A stretch of 63,577 nt of DNA, the filler included, from Octopus bimaculoides (lineage: Eukaryota), in assembly GCF_001194135.2 (NCBI RefSeq). It is 4 parts of 4 records of this genome, joined end to end, with 100 filler letters (N's around TTAATTAATTAA, not from the genome) between each part and the next. Parts side by side here need not be neighbours in the genome. Positions count along the whole stretch, not along the records: positions 1 to 26,828 come from NC_069008.1; 3 more parts are not named here. One strand, given 5' to 3'. Each line of letters opens with the position of its first letter. The first letter of the stretch is position 1. The notes beneath the pieces are model-generated. The model did not search any database. It saw only the letters and a list, made by a program, of their open reading frames with translations, and was not told where the DNA came from. Of this stretch, positions 1 through 11,206 are shown piece by piece. The translations under genes were made by a program, and so were the position numbers.

Positions 1-39
<39 letters not shown>

Positions 40-217
40 AAAATACAAAATGGGACAAGAACGCAAAACATCCAGACATTTAGGTGATACAAAAAAGGGA
101 CGTTTAACACCCAAATGAAATTACTATATAATATATCCGCAAGTATGTATGTATATGCACAATCAAATGATAGTGATTCAACAAGTTATTGAAAAGCTGG
201 AGAAGTTGGGACGTTAC

Positions 218-354
218 CTGCATATGTTTCGATTTAGGTGGTTTGTTCGTTACGTCTGAACACAATGATGTTAACATCTGATAGCCTGTTTTGTTAGTGG
301 CCCGAGGGATCTTCGATTTACCCATATGTAGAGGTACATCTCCTTCCTGTTCAT
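218..354 (-). CDS. Internal coding exon (137 nt, phase 1 to 0) of unidentified gene A
   Basis: Acceptor T-rich tract...tgtatttcag, donor CAG|gtaacg. Only one frame is open: (D)EQEGDVPLHMGKSKIPRATNKTGYQMLTSLCSDVTNKPPKSKHMQ. Phase matches the exon at 2154-2281. Confidence 0.85.
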
Positions 355-460
355 CTGAAATACAGAATGGGAGGAAAAAAAAAAAGGGGTGTTTCCAAGT
401 TGAAAATATCAGTGAATGATTTAAAAACAGTTGAAGATATGGGAAGAGAAAGAAATACAC

Positions 461-494
<34 letters not shown>

Positions 495-529
495 CGAGAG
501 AGAGAGAGAGAGAAAGAGAGTAATTAATA

Positions 530-644
530 TTCTTTTCTACTTTAGGCACAAGGACCAAAATTTTTGGTGAGGGGGGCCAGTCAATTAGATCGACCACAGT
601 ACTTGACTGGCACTTAATTTATCGCCCCCGAAAGGATGAAAGGC
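530..644 (-). mobile_element. Partial SINE with Nin-domain-like core, cut by a gap
   Basis: Matches other copies in the window (ggcacaagg...actgg(t/c)acttaatttatc...cccgaaaggatgaaaggc). Confidence 0.7.
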
Positions 645-1009
645 NNNNNNNNNNNNNNNNNNNNNNNNNNNNNNNNNNNNNNNNNNNNNNNNNNNNNNNN
701 NNNNNNNNNNNNNNNNNNNNNNNNNNNNNNNNNNNNNNNNNNNNNNNNNNNNNNNNNNNNNNNNNNNNNNNNNNNNNNNNNNNNNNNNNNNNNNNNNNNN
801 NNNNNNNNNNNNNNNNNNNNNNNNNNNNNNNNNNNNNNNNNNNNNNNNNNNNNNNNNNNNNNNNNNNNNNNNNNNNNNNNNNNNNNNNNNNNNNNNNNNN
901 NNNNNNNNNNNNNNNNNNNNNNNNNNNNNNNNNNNNNNNNNNNNNNNNNNNNNNNNNNNNNNNNNNNNNNNNNNNNNNNNNNNNNNNNNNNNNNNNNNNN
1001 NATATATAC

Positions 1010-1042
<33 letters not shown>

Positions 1043-1065
1043 CATACATACATAAATATATACAA

Positions 1066-1100
<35 letters not shown>

Positions 1101-1103
1101 TGT

Positions 1104-1405
1104 GGAGGCAGATGGCCTAGTGGTTAGAGCAGTGGACTCGCAGTCAAGGGATCACAGGTTTGCATCTCAGACCAGGTGATGTGTGAGTTTATGAGCGAAA
1201 CACCTAAGCTCCAAGTGGCTCCGGCAGAAGATAACGGTGAACTTCTGTTGACTCTTTTGCCACAACTTTCTCTCACTCTTTCCTCCTGCATCTAGCAGCT
1301 CACCTGCGACGGATCGGCGTCCCATCCAGGTGGGGAACTTATACGCCAAGGAAACCGGGAAACCGGCCCTTATGAGTCAGGAATGGCTCGAGAAGGAACA
1401 AACAA
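1104..1405 (+). mobile_element. tRNA-derived SINE, family A (tRNA-Arg-like head)
   Basis: Head ggaggcagatggcctagtggttagagcagtggactcgcagtc with A/B-box-like motifs, aacaaacaa tail, near-identical copy at 3394-3704. Confidence 0.85.
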
Positions 1406-1910
1406 TATACATATATATATATAAATTAAATAATGAGGGTTATTTCCAGCCTCGGTGCACCAAAATGAAGACATTTGAAAGACACACTCAAATATAATTT
1501 GCAGAACTTTATACGCATTCTCTTTCGGGTGAACGTTCTGTGTCTACTTCTGTGAATTATGTTTTGTAAGCGACAGACTACGCTGATGAGTCTGCAGATA
1601 TTTACATTCGTAAATATTAACAACGAAACCGTGATACAAAGGTAATCATTTTATTTTGTATATTTTCATTTTTCTTGCTCATTTTTACAATCTGGCATTT
1701 GCTGGAATTTTCTTGAGAACACACTCTACGTCTAGTTAGAATAGAGGCAGCTGATGAAGGATTAATTCCAAGTGGCTATCTGTTTTCCTATGTGTTCGTT
1801 TTGTCGCCTGTAGTTCATTGTTCTAACGTCCTGTACCCTGATATGCATCTATATACACATGTAGATGTAAGTATGTGCATATATGTGTGTATAAATGCAT
1901 ATATATTCTT

Positions 1911-1981
<71 letters not shown>

Positions 1982-2153
1982 CAATGAGGAAATGGAGGAG
2001 AATATGCGGTATCCATCGACTTGCAGACAATGTATTCTGTTGTTTATTTTATAACTAAATTGACATATATATATATATAATACATATATTACGTGTGTGT
2101 GTTTGTGTATGTATGTATGTAGTCATATGTGTATGTAATAATGTTTCTCTTAC

Positions 2154-2281
2154 CTTTAACAATAGGATGTATTTTTGATGAACCTCCAATTGCTATTCTG
2201 TCAACCGTCTCTTCCAAAATTCTATCTCCAATGATATCATTTCCTTCTCGAATATCTAATAACCGGTCATTCTTCCCAGCT
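2154..2281 (-). CDS. Internal coding exon (128 nt, phase 2 to 1) of gene A
   Basis: Strong polypyrimidine tract plus tgcag acceptor, donor AAG|gtaaga. Encodes (R)AGKNDRLLDIREGNDIIGDRILEETVDRIAIGGSSKIHPIVK(D). Phases join the 11557-13103 and 218-354 exons. Confidence 0.88.
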
Positions 2282-2698
2282 CTGCAGAAAAAAAAAGAAA
2301 AAAAACAGAAAAGAGAGAGATAAATCAATCATGTATTGAATATTTATGGATTAAGGAGGGCTTTGTTTTTTTATTGGTTTCAGTCAGTGAACCATGGTGA
2401 TTTTAGGGTAACACTTTCAATGCATTTTTAGTTTCTATGAAGAGTAAAAGACCCAAAGTTTTGGGAACTTGTCTTTCTACAGAGAGAAAGAATATGGAGC
2501 TTCATGCCAAAATTCTCTTATGGTATTAGCTTCTGTATTTTTCTCCCCAAAGAAAGACAAGTGTGTAAAACGTTGCGTTTTTACATCTCACGGTAGATCA
2601 ACTTTTACCAATGAAGACAGACAGCATCTTTTCAGAGAACCTGCATCTTAACTTCTTACAATCATTTGAATAACATGCATATATATATATATATATAC

Positions 2699-2738
<40 letters not shown>

Positions 2739-3393
2739 CTGTATGTATCTCATCGTTGTCATCATCATCATCATCATTGTTTAACACCCGTTTTCCATTC
2801 AGGCAGGGGTGGGACGGTAGAAGACTACCCAAGGCTACTGTGTCTGTTTTGGCAGGGTTTTTATAGCTGGACGCCCTTCCTAATGTGTGTGTGCGTGTGT
2901 GTGATGATCCCTTTTCCTTGTTGTTTAAACACCCATTTCCCATTCTGGCATGGAGACTGGGTTGATTTGACAGGACCCAGCAAACTGCATTACTACATCA
3001 AGCTCCAACATCTGCTTTGTCATGCTTTCTCCACCTCTATACCCTTTCTAACGCAAACCCCTTTACAGCATATACCGGGTACTTTGTTTCATGCCACCAG
3101 CACTAGTGAGGCAACCAAGTAACTAGCAAGACAGGGGCAGAACAAGGAAAGGAAAAAGGCCCCTTCACTTAGTGGTGGGGGCACTATTTTAAGGAAAAGG
3201 GTATTGGTTTTATGCCAGGTGTGGGGAGATTAAAGTGTGATAGAGGGACAAGAGCAGGTGTGATGCTATAAAGGAGATGGTTTATAGCAGTGTTTCTCAA
3301 CCAGGGTCCCCGGAACCTTAGGGTTCCACAAAAGGTTCCTAGGGGTTAATTTCATGCTAATGTTAATTTCATGATTGTAATATTACTATACAT

Positions 3394-3704
3394 GGAGGCA
3401 CATGGCCTAGCGGTTAGAGCAGCGGACTTGCAGTCGAGGGATCGCAGGTTCGAATCTCAGACCAGGTGATGTGTGTGTTTATGAGTGAAACACCTAAGAT
3501 CTACAAGGCTCCGGCAGAAGATAATGGTGAACTTCTGCTGACTCTTTCACCATAACTTTCTCTCACTCTTTTCTCCTGAATCTAGCAGCTCACCTGCGAT
3601 GGACCAGTGTACCATCCAGGTGGGGAACCTATACGCCAATGAAACTGGGAAACCGGCCCTTATGAGCCAGGCATGGCCCAAGAAAGAACAAACAACAAAC
3701 AAAC
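3394..3704 (+). mobile_element. Full-length family A SINE with ~15-bp target-site duplication
   Basis: Flanked by aatattactatacat (3379-3393) and aatattactatagat (3705-3719). Confidence 0.9.
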
Positions 3705-3838
3705 AATATTACTATAGATGCACATTTTATTGGTTATTGTAATATTGTAATATAGACATCATCCTAGCTAACTTATTATGTAATCAAAAAAATATAACAA
3801 CCATTCGAAATCAAATTTGATGACAGCACCGCATGACT

Positions 3839-4313
3839 GGCATCTGTGCAAGTGGAGCGCTAAGAGCACCATCCGAGAGTGATAGTCATCAGGGCCACTG
3901 ACTGCCCCCCCCCTCCCGTCCCAGTGGCACGTAAAAAGCACCATTCGAGCATGATCGTTACCAGCATCGCCTTACTGGCACTTGTGCCGGTGGTACATAG
4001 AAAACAACATTCGAGCGAAGGTGTTGCCAGTGCCGCTGGACTGGCTCCTGTGCAGGTGACACATAAAAACACCATTTGAGCATGGCCATTGCCAGTACCA
4101 CCTGACTGGCCCTCATGCCAGTGGCACATAAAAGCACCCACTACACTCTTGGAGTGGTCAGCGTTAGGAAGGGCATCCAGCTGTAGAAACTCTGCCAGAT
4201 CAGAATGGAGCCAAGTGCAGTCATCTGGCTCACCAGACCCCAGTCAAACCATCCAACCCATGCCAGCATGGAAAGCGGACGTTAAATGATGATGATGATG
4301 ATGATGATGATGA
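3839..4313 (+). mobile_element. GAT-tailed retroposon (RTE-type 3' end inferred) with internal ~65-bp modules
   Basis: Ends ccatgccagcatggaaagcggacgttaaat(gat)n. The same 3' end recurs near 8300-8375, 9520-9570 (-), 9840-9905, 18250-18316, 58215-58268 and 61260-61320. Confidence 0.8.
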
Positions 4314-4938
4314 TATATATATATTTACTACATGAGCTTCGATGAAAAAAAATATGTAAAAGATATGGTATATAATTTTTTTTGTGCAAGAGTTCCTTGA
4401 GACATGTAAGTGGTTCTTTGTTTTCTTCTTTCTTATTTGTGTCTTATTTATTGGCTAAACTGGCAACATGTCCATCCCCAAATACAAAAATGTGAATGTG
4501 TGTGTGTGTGTGTGTGTGTGTAATGGAAGTGGGATGGTGAACATGCATTGCTGAAAAGAAAAATCAAACAGCGTTTCAGCTCTGTGTGTTTATGTGTAAA
4601 AGGGGAGTATGTGAATGTCTGTATGCGTGAACCAGCGTTCTTTCAGTAACAAACGATGATCGATGTCACATCTCAAAAGACAACCACCAGATACACAAGT
4701 GTATTAATTTGATTTACCATCCATATTTATATATGAAATACAACAATTAGCTGTCATTTTTTATGACTTGGGGCCAGTAAGTATGTATATAATTATTGCA
4801 AATATATTGAAAATATATGTGTGTGTGTATATATATATATACATATATATATAAATAAGGATAAGATCATCATTTAAAACACAGATCATATCAAGTGGTC
4901 AGCAGGGAATAAAAACCTTATAGGTATTAACTATTATT

Positions 4939-5091
4939 AAAATTATAATTAAGGGTATCTAAGAGATACCACCATGCTAGAGATAGCAGTCAAAGCTTGA
5001 CTCTAAAACCACATCATGTGATTTTAGAGTCAAATTTTGACTGCTATCTCTAACATGGTGGTATCATTTAGATACCCTTAATTATAATTTT
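4939..5091. repeat. 153-bp near-perfect palindrome (76-bp arms)
   Basis: Arms are reverse complements about position 5015 with about 6 mismatches. Confidence 0.92.
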
Positions 5092-5120
5092 ATACATACA
5101 TACATACATACATACATACA

Positions 5121-5354
5121 TTGTTGTATTTGGGGATGGTCATGTTGCCAGTTTAGCCAATAAAAACACATACACTATATATTTGGTGTTCATTTGCATC
5201 AGTTTTATTTTATTGTTTTTCATTAAACGTATTTTAGCCAGAGTTCTTTCGTCACACTTCTGTGACCTCATCAGTGGTCCTTTGCTTTCTTCTTTCTTAT
5301 TTGTGTCTTATTTATTGGCTAAACTGGCAACATGACCATCCCCAAGTACAACAA
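5121..5354. mobile_element. 234-bp element with ~44-bp terminal inverted repeats; Penelope-like or MITE-like
   Basis: ttgttgtatttggggatggtcatgttgccagtttagccaataaa (5121-5164) is the reverse complement of 5311-5354 with one mismatch. A partial second copy lies at 4390-4487. Confidence 0.8.
5238..5277 (-). ncRNA. Candidate minimal type I hammerhead ribozyme
   Basis: Minus strand reads CCA-CUGAUGA-G-GUCAC-agaagu-GUGAC-GAAA-G-aa-C-UC-UGG. Core boxes, 5-bp stem II, 2-bp stem III, CUC cleavage triplet and 3-bp stem I are in the correct order. Confidence 0.6.
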
Positions 5355-6304
5355 TATCTGTTTCAACACATGGTTTCACATCAAGAATCTTGCAAAACGA
5401 ATATATGTATATATATATATATATATATATAAATATTATTTAAAAGAGTTCCAACTCTGCTTTTTATGTTTTATTTATATTCTTATAAAATTAATGTGGG
5501 ATATAGAATATGGAATATATAANNNNNNNNNNNNNNNNNNNNNNNNNNNNNNNNNNNNNNNNNNNNNNNNNNNNNNNNNNNNNNNNNNNNNNNNNNNNNN
5601 NNNNNNNNNNNNNNNNNNNNNNNNNNNNNNNNNNNNNNNNNNNNNNNNNNNNNNNNNNNNNNNNNNNNNNNNNNNNNNNNNNNNNNNNNNNNNNNNNNNN
5701 NNNNNNNNNNNNNNNNNNNNNNNNNNNNNNNNNNNNNNNNNNNNNNNNNNNNNNNNNNNNNNNNNNNNNNNNNNNNNNNNNNNNNNNNNNNNNNNNNNNN
5801 NNNNNNNNNNNNNNNNNNNNNNNNNNNNNNNNNNNNNNNNNNNNNNNNNNNNNNNNNNNNNNNNNNNNNNNNNNNNNNNNNNNNNNNNNNNNNNNNNNNN
5901 NNNNNNNNNNNNNNNNNNNNNNNNNNNNNNNNNNNNNNNNNNNNNNNNNNNNNNNNNNNNNNNNNNNNNNNNNNNNNNNNNNNNNNNNNNNNNNNNNNNN
6001 NNNNNNNNNNNNNNNNNNNNNNNNNNNNNNNNNNNNNNNNNNNNNNNNNNNNNNNNNNNNNNNNNNNNNNNNNNNNNNNNNNNNNNNNNNNNNNNNNNNN
6101 NNNNNNNNNNNNNNNNNNNNNNNNNNNNNNNNNNNNNNNNNNNNNNNNNNNNNNNNNNNNNNNNNNNNNNNNNNNNNNNNNNNNNNNNNNNNNNNNNNNN
6201 NNNNNNNNNNNNNNNNNNNNNNNNNNNNNNNNNNNNNNNNNNNNNNNNNNNNNNNNNNNNNNNNNNNNNNNNNNNNNNNNNNNNNNNNNNNNNNNNNNNN
6301 NNNN

Positions 6305-6347
<43 letters not shown>

Positions 6348-6908
6348 CAAAGGGTTACCTAAAAGTAACTGGAAACGTTCTCTGTGGGACAAGCCCATTG
6401 TAGTTCAGGCTTTCACTGTTAGAAGCCACTTGATACTATCCTCGGGCATCAATCTGCCAACATGTGGCATCCAGTGAGATCATACTGCCACATGGGGCAT
6501 CTTTGTTTTACAGTGCTTCTCACCTGTTCATTGATTTTGGCGATGGCTGACTTGAATGAACAGCGTGTTTCCATGAAATTCTGTTTCCTGATGGGGAAAA
6601 ACAGCAGCCAAAACAGTTGTCATGCTTCAAACAGCTTACAAGGACACTGTCATGACCGAAACATAAGTTTACGTATGGCTTTCATGCTTTAGGGATGGTC
6701 ATTTGTCGCTTGAGGACCAATCTTGTTCAGGGTAAACGCCAACCTCCGCAATGAATGAAAGCATTTGGAAAATTCATGAACTGATCTTGGACGTCCATCA
6801 CTGAACAACTGACCAATTTGATGTGACTGGTTGTGTGCTGGAGCTCCTGCCAACGAATTTTGAGAGAGGAATTGCGAACGAAAAGACTTGCAGCAAAATT
6901 CATTCCTC
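6348..6908 (+). mobile_element. Decayed mariner transposon, 5' part with frameshifted transposase N-terminus
   Basis: From ATG 6543: MADLNEQRVSMKFCFLMGK..., then WSSCQRILREELRTKRLAAKFIP (mariner HTH region and the AAK(W/F)(V/I)P motif). Contains stops and frameshifts and runs into a gap. Confidence 0.8.
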
Positions 6909-7984
6909 NNNNNNNNNNNNNNNNNNNNNNNNNNNNNNNNNNNNNNNNNNNNNNNNNNNNNNNNNNNNNNNNNNNNNNNNNNNNNNNNNNNNNNNNNNNN
7001 NNNNNNNNNNNNNNNNNNNNNNNNNNNNNNNNNNNNNNNNNNNNNNNNNNNNNNNNNNNNNNNNNNNNNNNNNNNNNNNNNNNNNNNNNNNNNNNNNNNN
7101 NNNNNNNNNNNNNNNNNNNNNNNNNNNNNNNNNNNNNNNNNNNNNNNNNNNNNNNNNNNNNNNNNNNNNNNNNNNNNNNNNNNNNNNNNNNNNNNNNNNN
7201 NNNNNNNNNNNNNNNNNNNNNNNNNNNNNNNNNNNNNNNNNNNNNNNNNNNNNNNNNNNNNNNNNNNNNNNNNNNNNNNNNNNNNNNNNNNNNNNNNNNN
7301 NNNNNNNNNNNNNNNNNNNNNNNNNNNNNNNNNNNNNNNNNNNNNNNNNNNNNNNNNNNNNNNNNNNNNNNNNNNNNNNNNNNNNNNNNNNNNNNNNNNN
7401 NNNNNNNNNNNNNNNNNNNNNNNNNNNNNNNNNNNNNNNNNNNNNNNNNNNNNNNNNNNNNNNNNNNNNNNNNNNNNNNNNNNNNNNNNNNNNNNNNNNN
7501 NNNNNNNNNNNNNNNNNNNNNNNNNNNNNNNNNNNNNNNNNNNNNNNNNNNNNNNNNNNNNNNNNNNNNNNNNNNNNNNNNNNNNNNNNNNNNNNNNNNN
7601 NNNNNNNNNNNNNNNNNNNNNNNNNNNNNNNNNNNNNNNNNNNNNNNNNNNNNNNNNNNNNNNNNNNNNNNNNNNNNNNNNNNNNNNNNNNNNNNNNNNN
7701 NNNNNNNNNNNNNNNNNNNNNNNNNNNNNNNNNNNNNNNNNNNNNNNNNNNNNNNNNNNNNNNNNNNNNNNNNNNNNNNNNNNNNNNNNNNNNNNNNNNN
7801 NNNNNNNNNNNNNNNNNNNNNAAAGCGACGAGAATATTTTGGTAAATTAAAATTTGAATGTTGAAGTGAATCAAACGGTTTTTGTGTGTTTCTTAAATGG
7901 CTTATAAACACCTTCCACGCTGCAATTGTTTTCATTTCAGCACACAATCTCAGGACAGGTCACTTGCTATGCAAGTACATCTCC

Positions 7985-8022
<38 letters not shown>

Positions 8023-8603
8023 GAAATGACAAGGGATCAGGTCTTGATGTACTTCAGAAGACACATTAAGCTAAGTAAAATTAATGTTATCCTTATATGC
8101 GGGCATGTCATTTACAGACAACATAAAGTGCACTCGTGCTGATGTTGCATGGATGCAAACATGCCAGTGGCACATAAAACACGTGCGGCATACTTTGTAA
8201 AGTGTTCGGCATTACGAGGGGCACTCAACCATAGAAAGCATGCCACAACAGGCAATCGGAGCCTGGACAGCTGGACAGCTCCTTGGCTGGCTTGATCCCC
8301 GGCAAACCGTCCAACCCATACCAGCATGGAAAACGGACGTCAAACGATGATGATGATAATGATGATGATGATGATATATCTCACATTTCAAAATATTTAT
8401 TCGTTAACCAATTGTCAATTGGAAAAATAAAACCAGGGCAGAGGGTGTATAACAGATTATGTCTTTGATTTCATCCTATGGTTACACAAGTGTTTGTTTC
8501 AAGCAATATATACACAAGCTACATTGCAGATAACAATGTAGACAATACATTAGATAATAATAATAACAACAACAACAACAATGATAATAATAATAATAAT
8601 AAT

Positions 8604-8824
8604 GATCCTTTCTAGTATAGGCACAAGGCCTGAAATTTGTGGGGAGGAGGATAGTTGATTACATAGATTCCCCCAGTACTTGACTGGTACTTAATTTATC
8701 AACCCCCAAGAGGATGAAAGGCAAAGTTGACCTCTGCGGAATTTGAACTCAGAACATAGCAGCAAACGAAATACCGCTAAGCATTTCGCCTGGCATGCTA
8801 ATGATTCTGCCAGCTCACCGCCTT
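8604..8824 (-). mobile_element. tRNA-derived SINE with Nin-domain-like core and (ATT)n tail
   Basis: Minus strand carries ggttcaaattccgc B-box region and gcctttcatcctcttgggg...aagtaccag core. Similar copies at 13431-13629, 14960-15126, 60385-60595, 63175-63375. Confidence 0.8.
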
Positions 8825-8837
8825 AAGTAACAACAAA

Positions 8838-8887
<50 letters not shown>

Positions 8888-8909
8888 TGATGATAATAAT
8901 AATAATAAT

Positions 8910-8945
<36 letters not shown>

Positions 8946-9506
8946 CAGAAGAAGAAGAAGAAGAAGAAGAAGAGGGNNNNNNNNNNGGAGGAGGAGGAGG
9001 AAGAAGAAGAAGAAGAAGAACAAGAACAAGAACAAGAACAAGAAGAACAAGAAGAAGAAAAAGAATATGAATAATAAGAACAATATAAAAACAACAATAA
9101 GAAGGGTGTCAATGAGAACAGGTGAGACGAAGGTGTTAATTAATTTTGACGCCTCCACAGAGATTTGTTTGCAAAATTAATTTTGATTTTCCCATTCAAC
9201 TACCTTTAGTCTCTGGCTGCAGTTATTGATCTTTAATCTTTTACCATTTTATTTCTATCAGTCATTGGACGCAGGCCATGATGGAGCACAACCCTGAAAG
9301 GGTACTCTGGACAAACAAAGCGAACCCAGGAATTATTTATATGTTTGGTACTTATTCTTTTGGTCTCTTTTGCCAGGCCAGCAAGTTATGTGGACATAAA
9401 CAAACCATCACCAGTTATGCATGACAAGCACAGACACAAACACACACATATGTGGCATGTAAAAGTGCCTGTTACACCCTTGGGGTGGTTGGTGTTAGAA
9501 AGGGTT

Positions 9507-9905
9507 TCGTCGTCATCGTCGGTTAACGTCCGCTTTCCATGCCAGCATGGGTTGGACGATTTGACTGAGGACTGGTGAACCAGATGGCCACACCAGGCTC
9601 CAATCTGACTTAGCAGAGTTTCTACAGCTGGATGCCCTTCCTAACGCCAACCACTCCGAGAGTGTAGTAGGTGCTTTTACGTGCCACCAGCACGAAGGCC
9701 AGTCAGGCGATACTGGCAACGGCTACACTCAAAAAGGTGTATTTTATGTGCCACCTGCACATGAGCCAGTTTGGCGCAGACATAGAAATCATGCCAGATC
9801 CGACTGGAGTCTGGTGCAGCCTTCCAACATGCCAGCCCAGTGAAACCGTCCAACCCATGCCAGCATGGACGACGGACATTAAATGATGATGATGAGAATG
9901 ATGAT
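9507..9905. mobile_element. Two GAT-tailed retroposon copies in opposite orientation
   Basis: ttaacgtccgctttccatgccagcatgggttggacg (~9523-9560) is the inverse of ccgtccaacccatgccagcatggacgacggacattaa (~9848-9882). Confidence 0.8.
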
Positions 9906-10458
9906 ATATACACATGGCAGTGTTCCACGCTCACTGACAATGTATTTGTCAAACTGTGGCCATAGTAGAAGATACTTGCTGAAAGTGGCACACTGTGGGA
10001 TTGAACTTGCAACCACATGATTGGGAAACAAATGCCCGAAACCACACAACCATTAAAGATATGTGAATCAATAACTGTGTTCAGTTACTAAAGTTGAGAA
10101 ATGGCTTGGTTGCGGCAACAAGACCAGTTGCGGTCATTATAATAAGAGGAGCAGAAGTTGAGATACAGAATATGAGAATAAAACACAATTGGAACAGTGA
10201 GGTTTACAGTTCAAAACCAGTAGTAGTCGATGAACTGAGAGTAGCAACCATGGGATGAGAATTTGGACATAAACACTGAACAAAATTTTGATTTTGAGAA
10301 TGAAATGAATTTTAATAAAAAAAATGATTTTATTTTCATCCAATGTATATAAACAATCTTTTGGCACATCACATATATATATATAAATATATGTATATGA
10401 ATTTGTATTATTATAGGTTATATGTATGATTATATATATTAATATATGTATATGTATC

Positions 10459-10623
10459 TATATGAAGGGCATTACTACACATAAATGCCTCACGCTATGA
10501 GGGACTTTTAAAAGTCAAAACTACCATAATAAATACACTGTACACTGTATTTATTATGGTAGTTTCGACTTTAAAAGTCCCCCATAGCATGAGGCATTTA
10601 TGTGTAGTAATGCCCTTCATATA
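10459..10623. mobile_element. 165-bp palindromic hairpin MITE with TA ends
   Basis: ~80-bp arms (tatatgaagggcattactacacataaatgcctca...) are almost perfectly complementary around a central tgtaca. Confidence 0.85.
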
Positions 10624-11206
10624 AATAAATATATTTAAAGGGAATAATTATAATTTTTTCCCTTATGNNNNNNNNNNNNNNNNNNNNNNNNNNNNNNNNN
10701 NNNNNNNNNNNNNNNNNNNNNNNNNNNNNNNNNNNNNNNNNNNNNNNNNNNNNNNNNNNNNNNNNNNNNNNNNNNNNNNNNNNNNNNNNNNNNNNNNNNN
10801 NNNNNNNNNNNNNNNNNNNNNNNNNNNNNNNNNNNNNNNNNNNNNNNNNNNNNNNNNNNNNNNNNNNNNNNNNNNNNNNNNNNNNNNNNNNNNNNNNNNN
10901 NNNNNNNNNNNNNNNNNNNNNNNNNNNNNNNNNNNNNNNNNNNNNNNNNNNNNNNNNNNNNNNNNNNNNNNNNNNNNNNNNNNNNNNNNNNNNNNNNNNN
11001 NNNNNNNNNNNNNNNNNNNNNNNNNNNNNNNNNNNNNNNNNNNNNNNNNNNNNNNNNNNNNNNNNNNNNNNNNNNNNNNNNNNNNNNNNNNNNNNNNNNN
11101 NNNNNNNNNNNNNNNNNNNNNNNNNNAAGCGGAGGGTAAATAACAAAACAACACACGCACAAACACACACACACACATGCACGCACACACATACATAAAC
11201 AATATA

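Noticed and set aside
1104-1180. tRNA-Arg-like sequence (also 3394, 33709) and other tRNA-like heads
   Set aside because: They continue into SINE bodies and tails, one with a TSD, and the acceptor stems are not intact.
3839-4150. Repeat-spacer-like periodicity resembling CRISPR
   Set aside because: The 'spacers' are homologous to each other, the context is eukaryotic and there are no cas genes. It is a tandemly modular retroposon.
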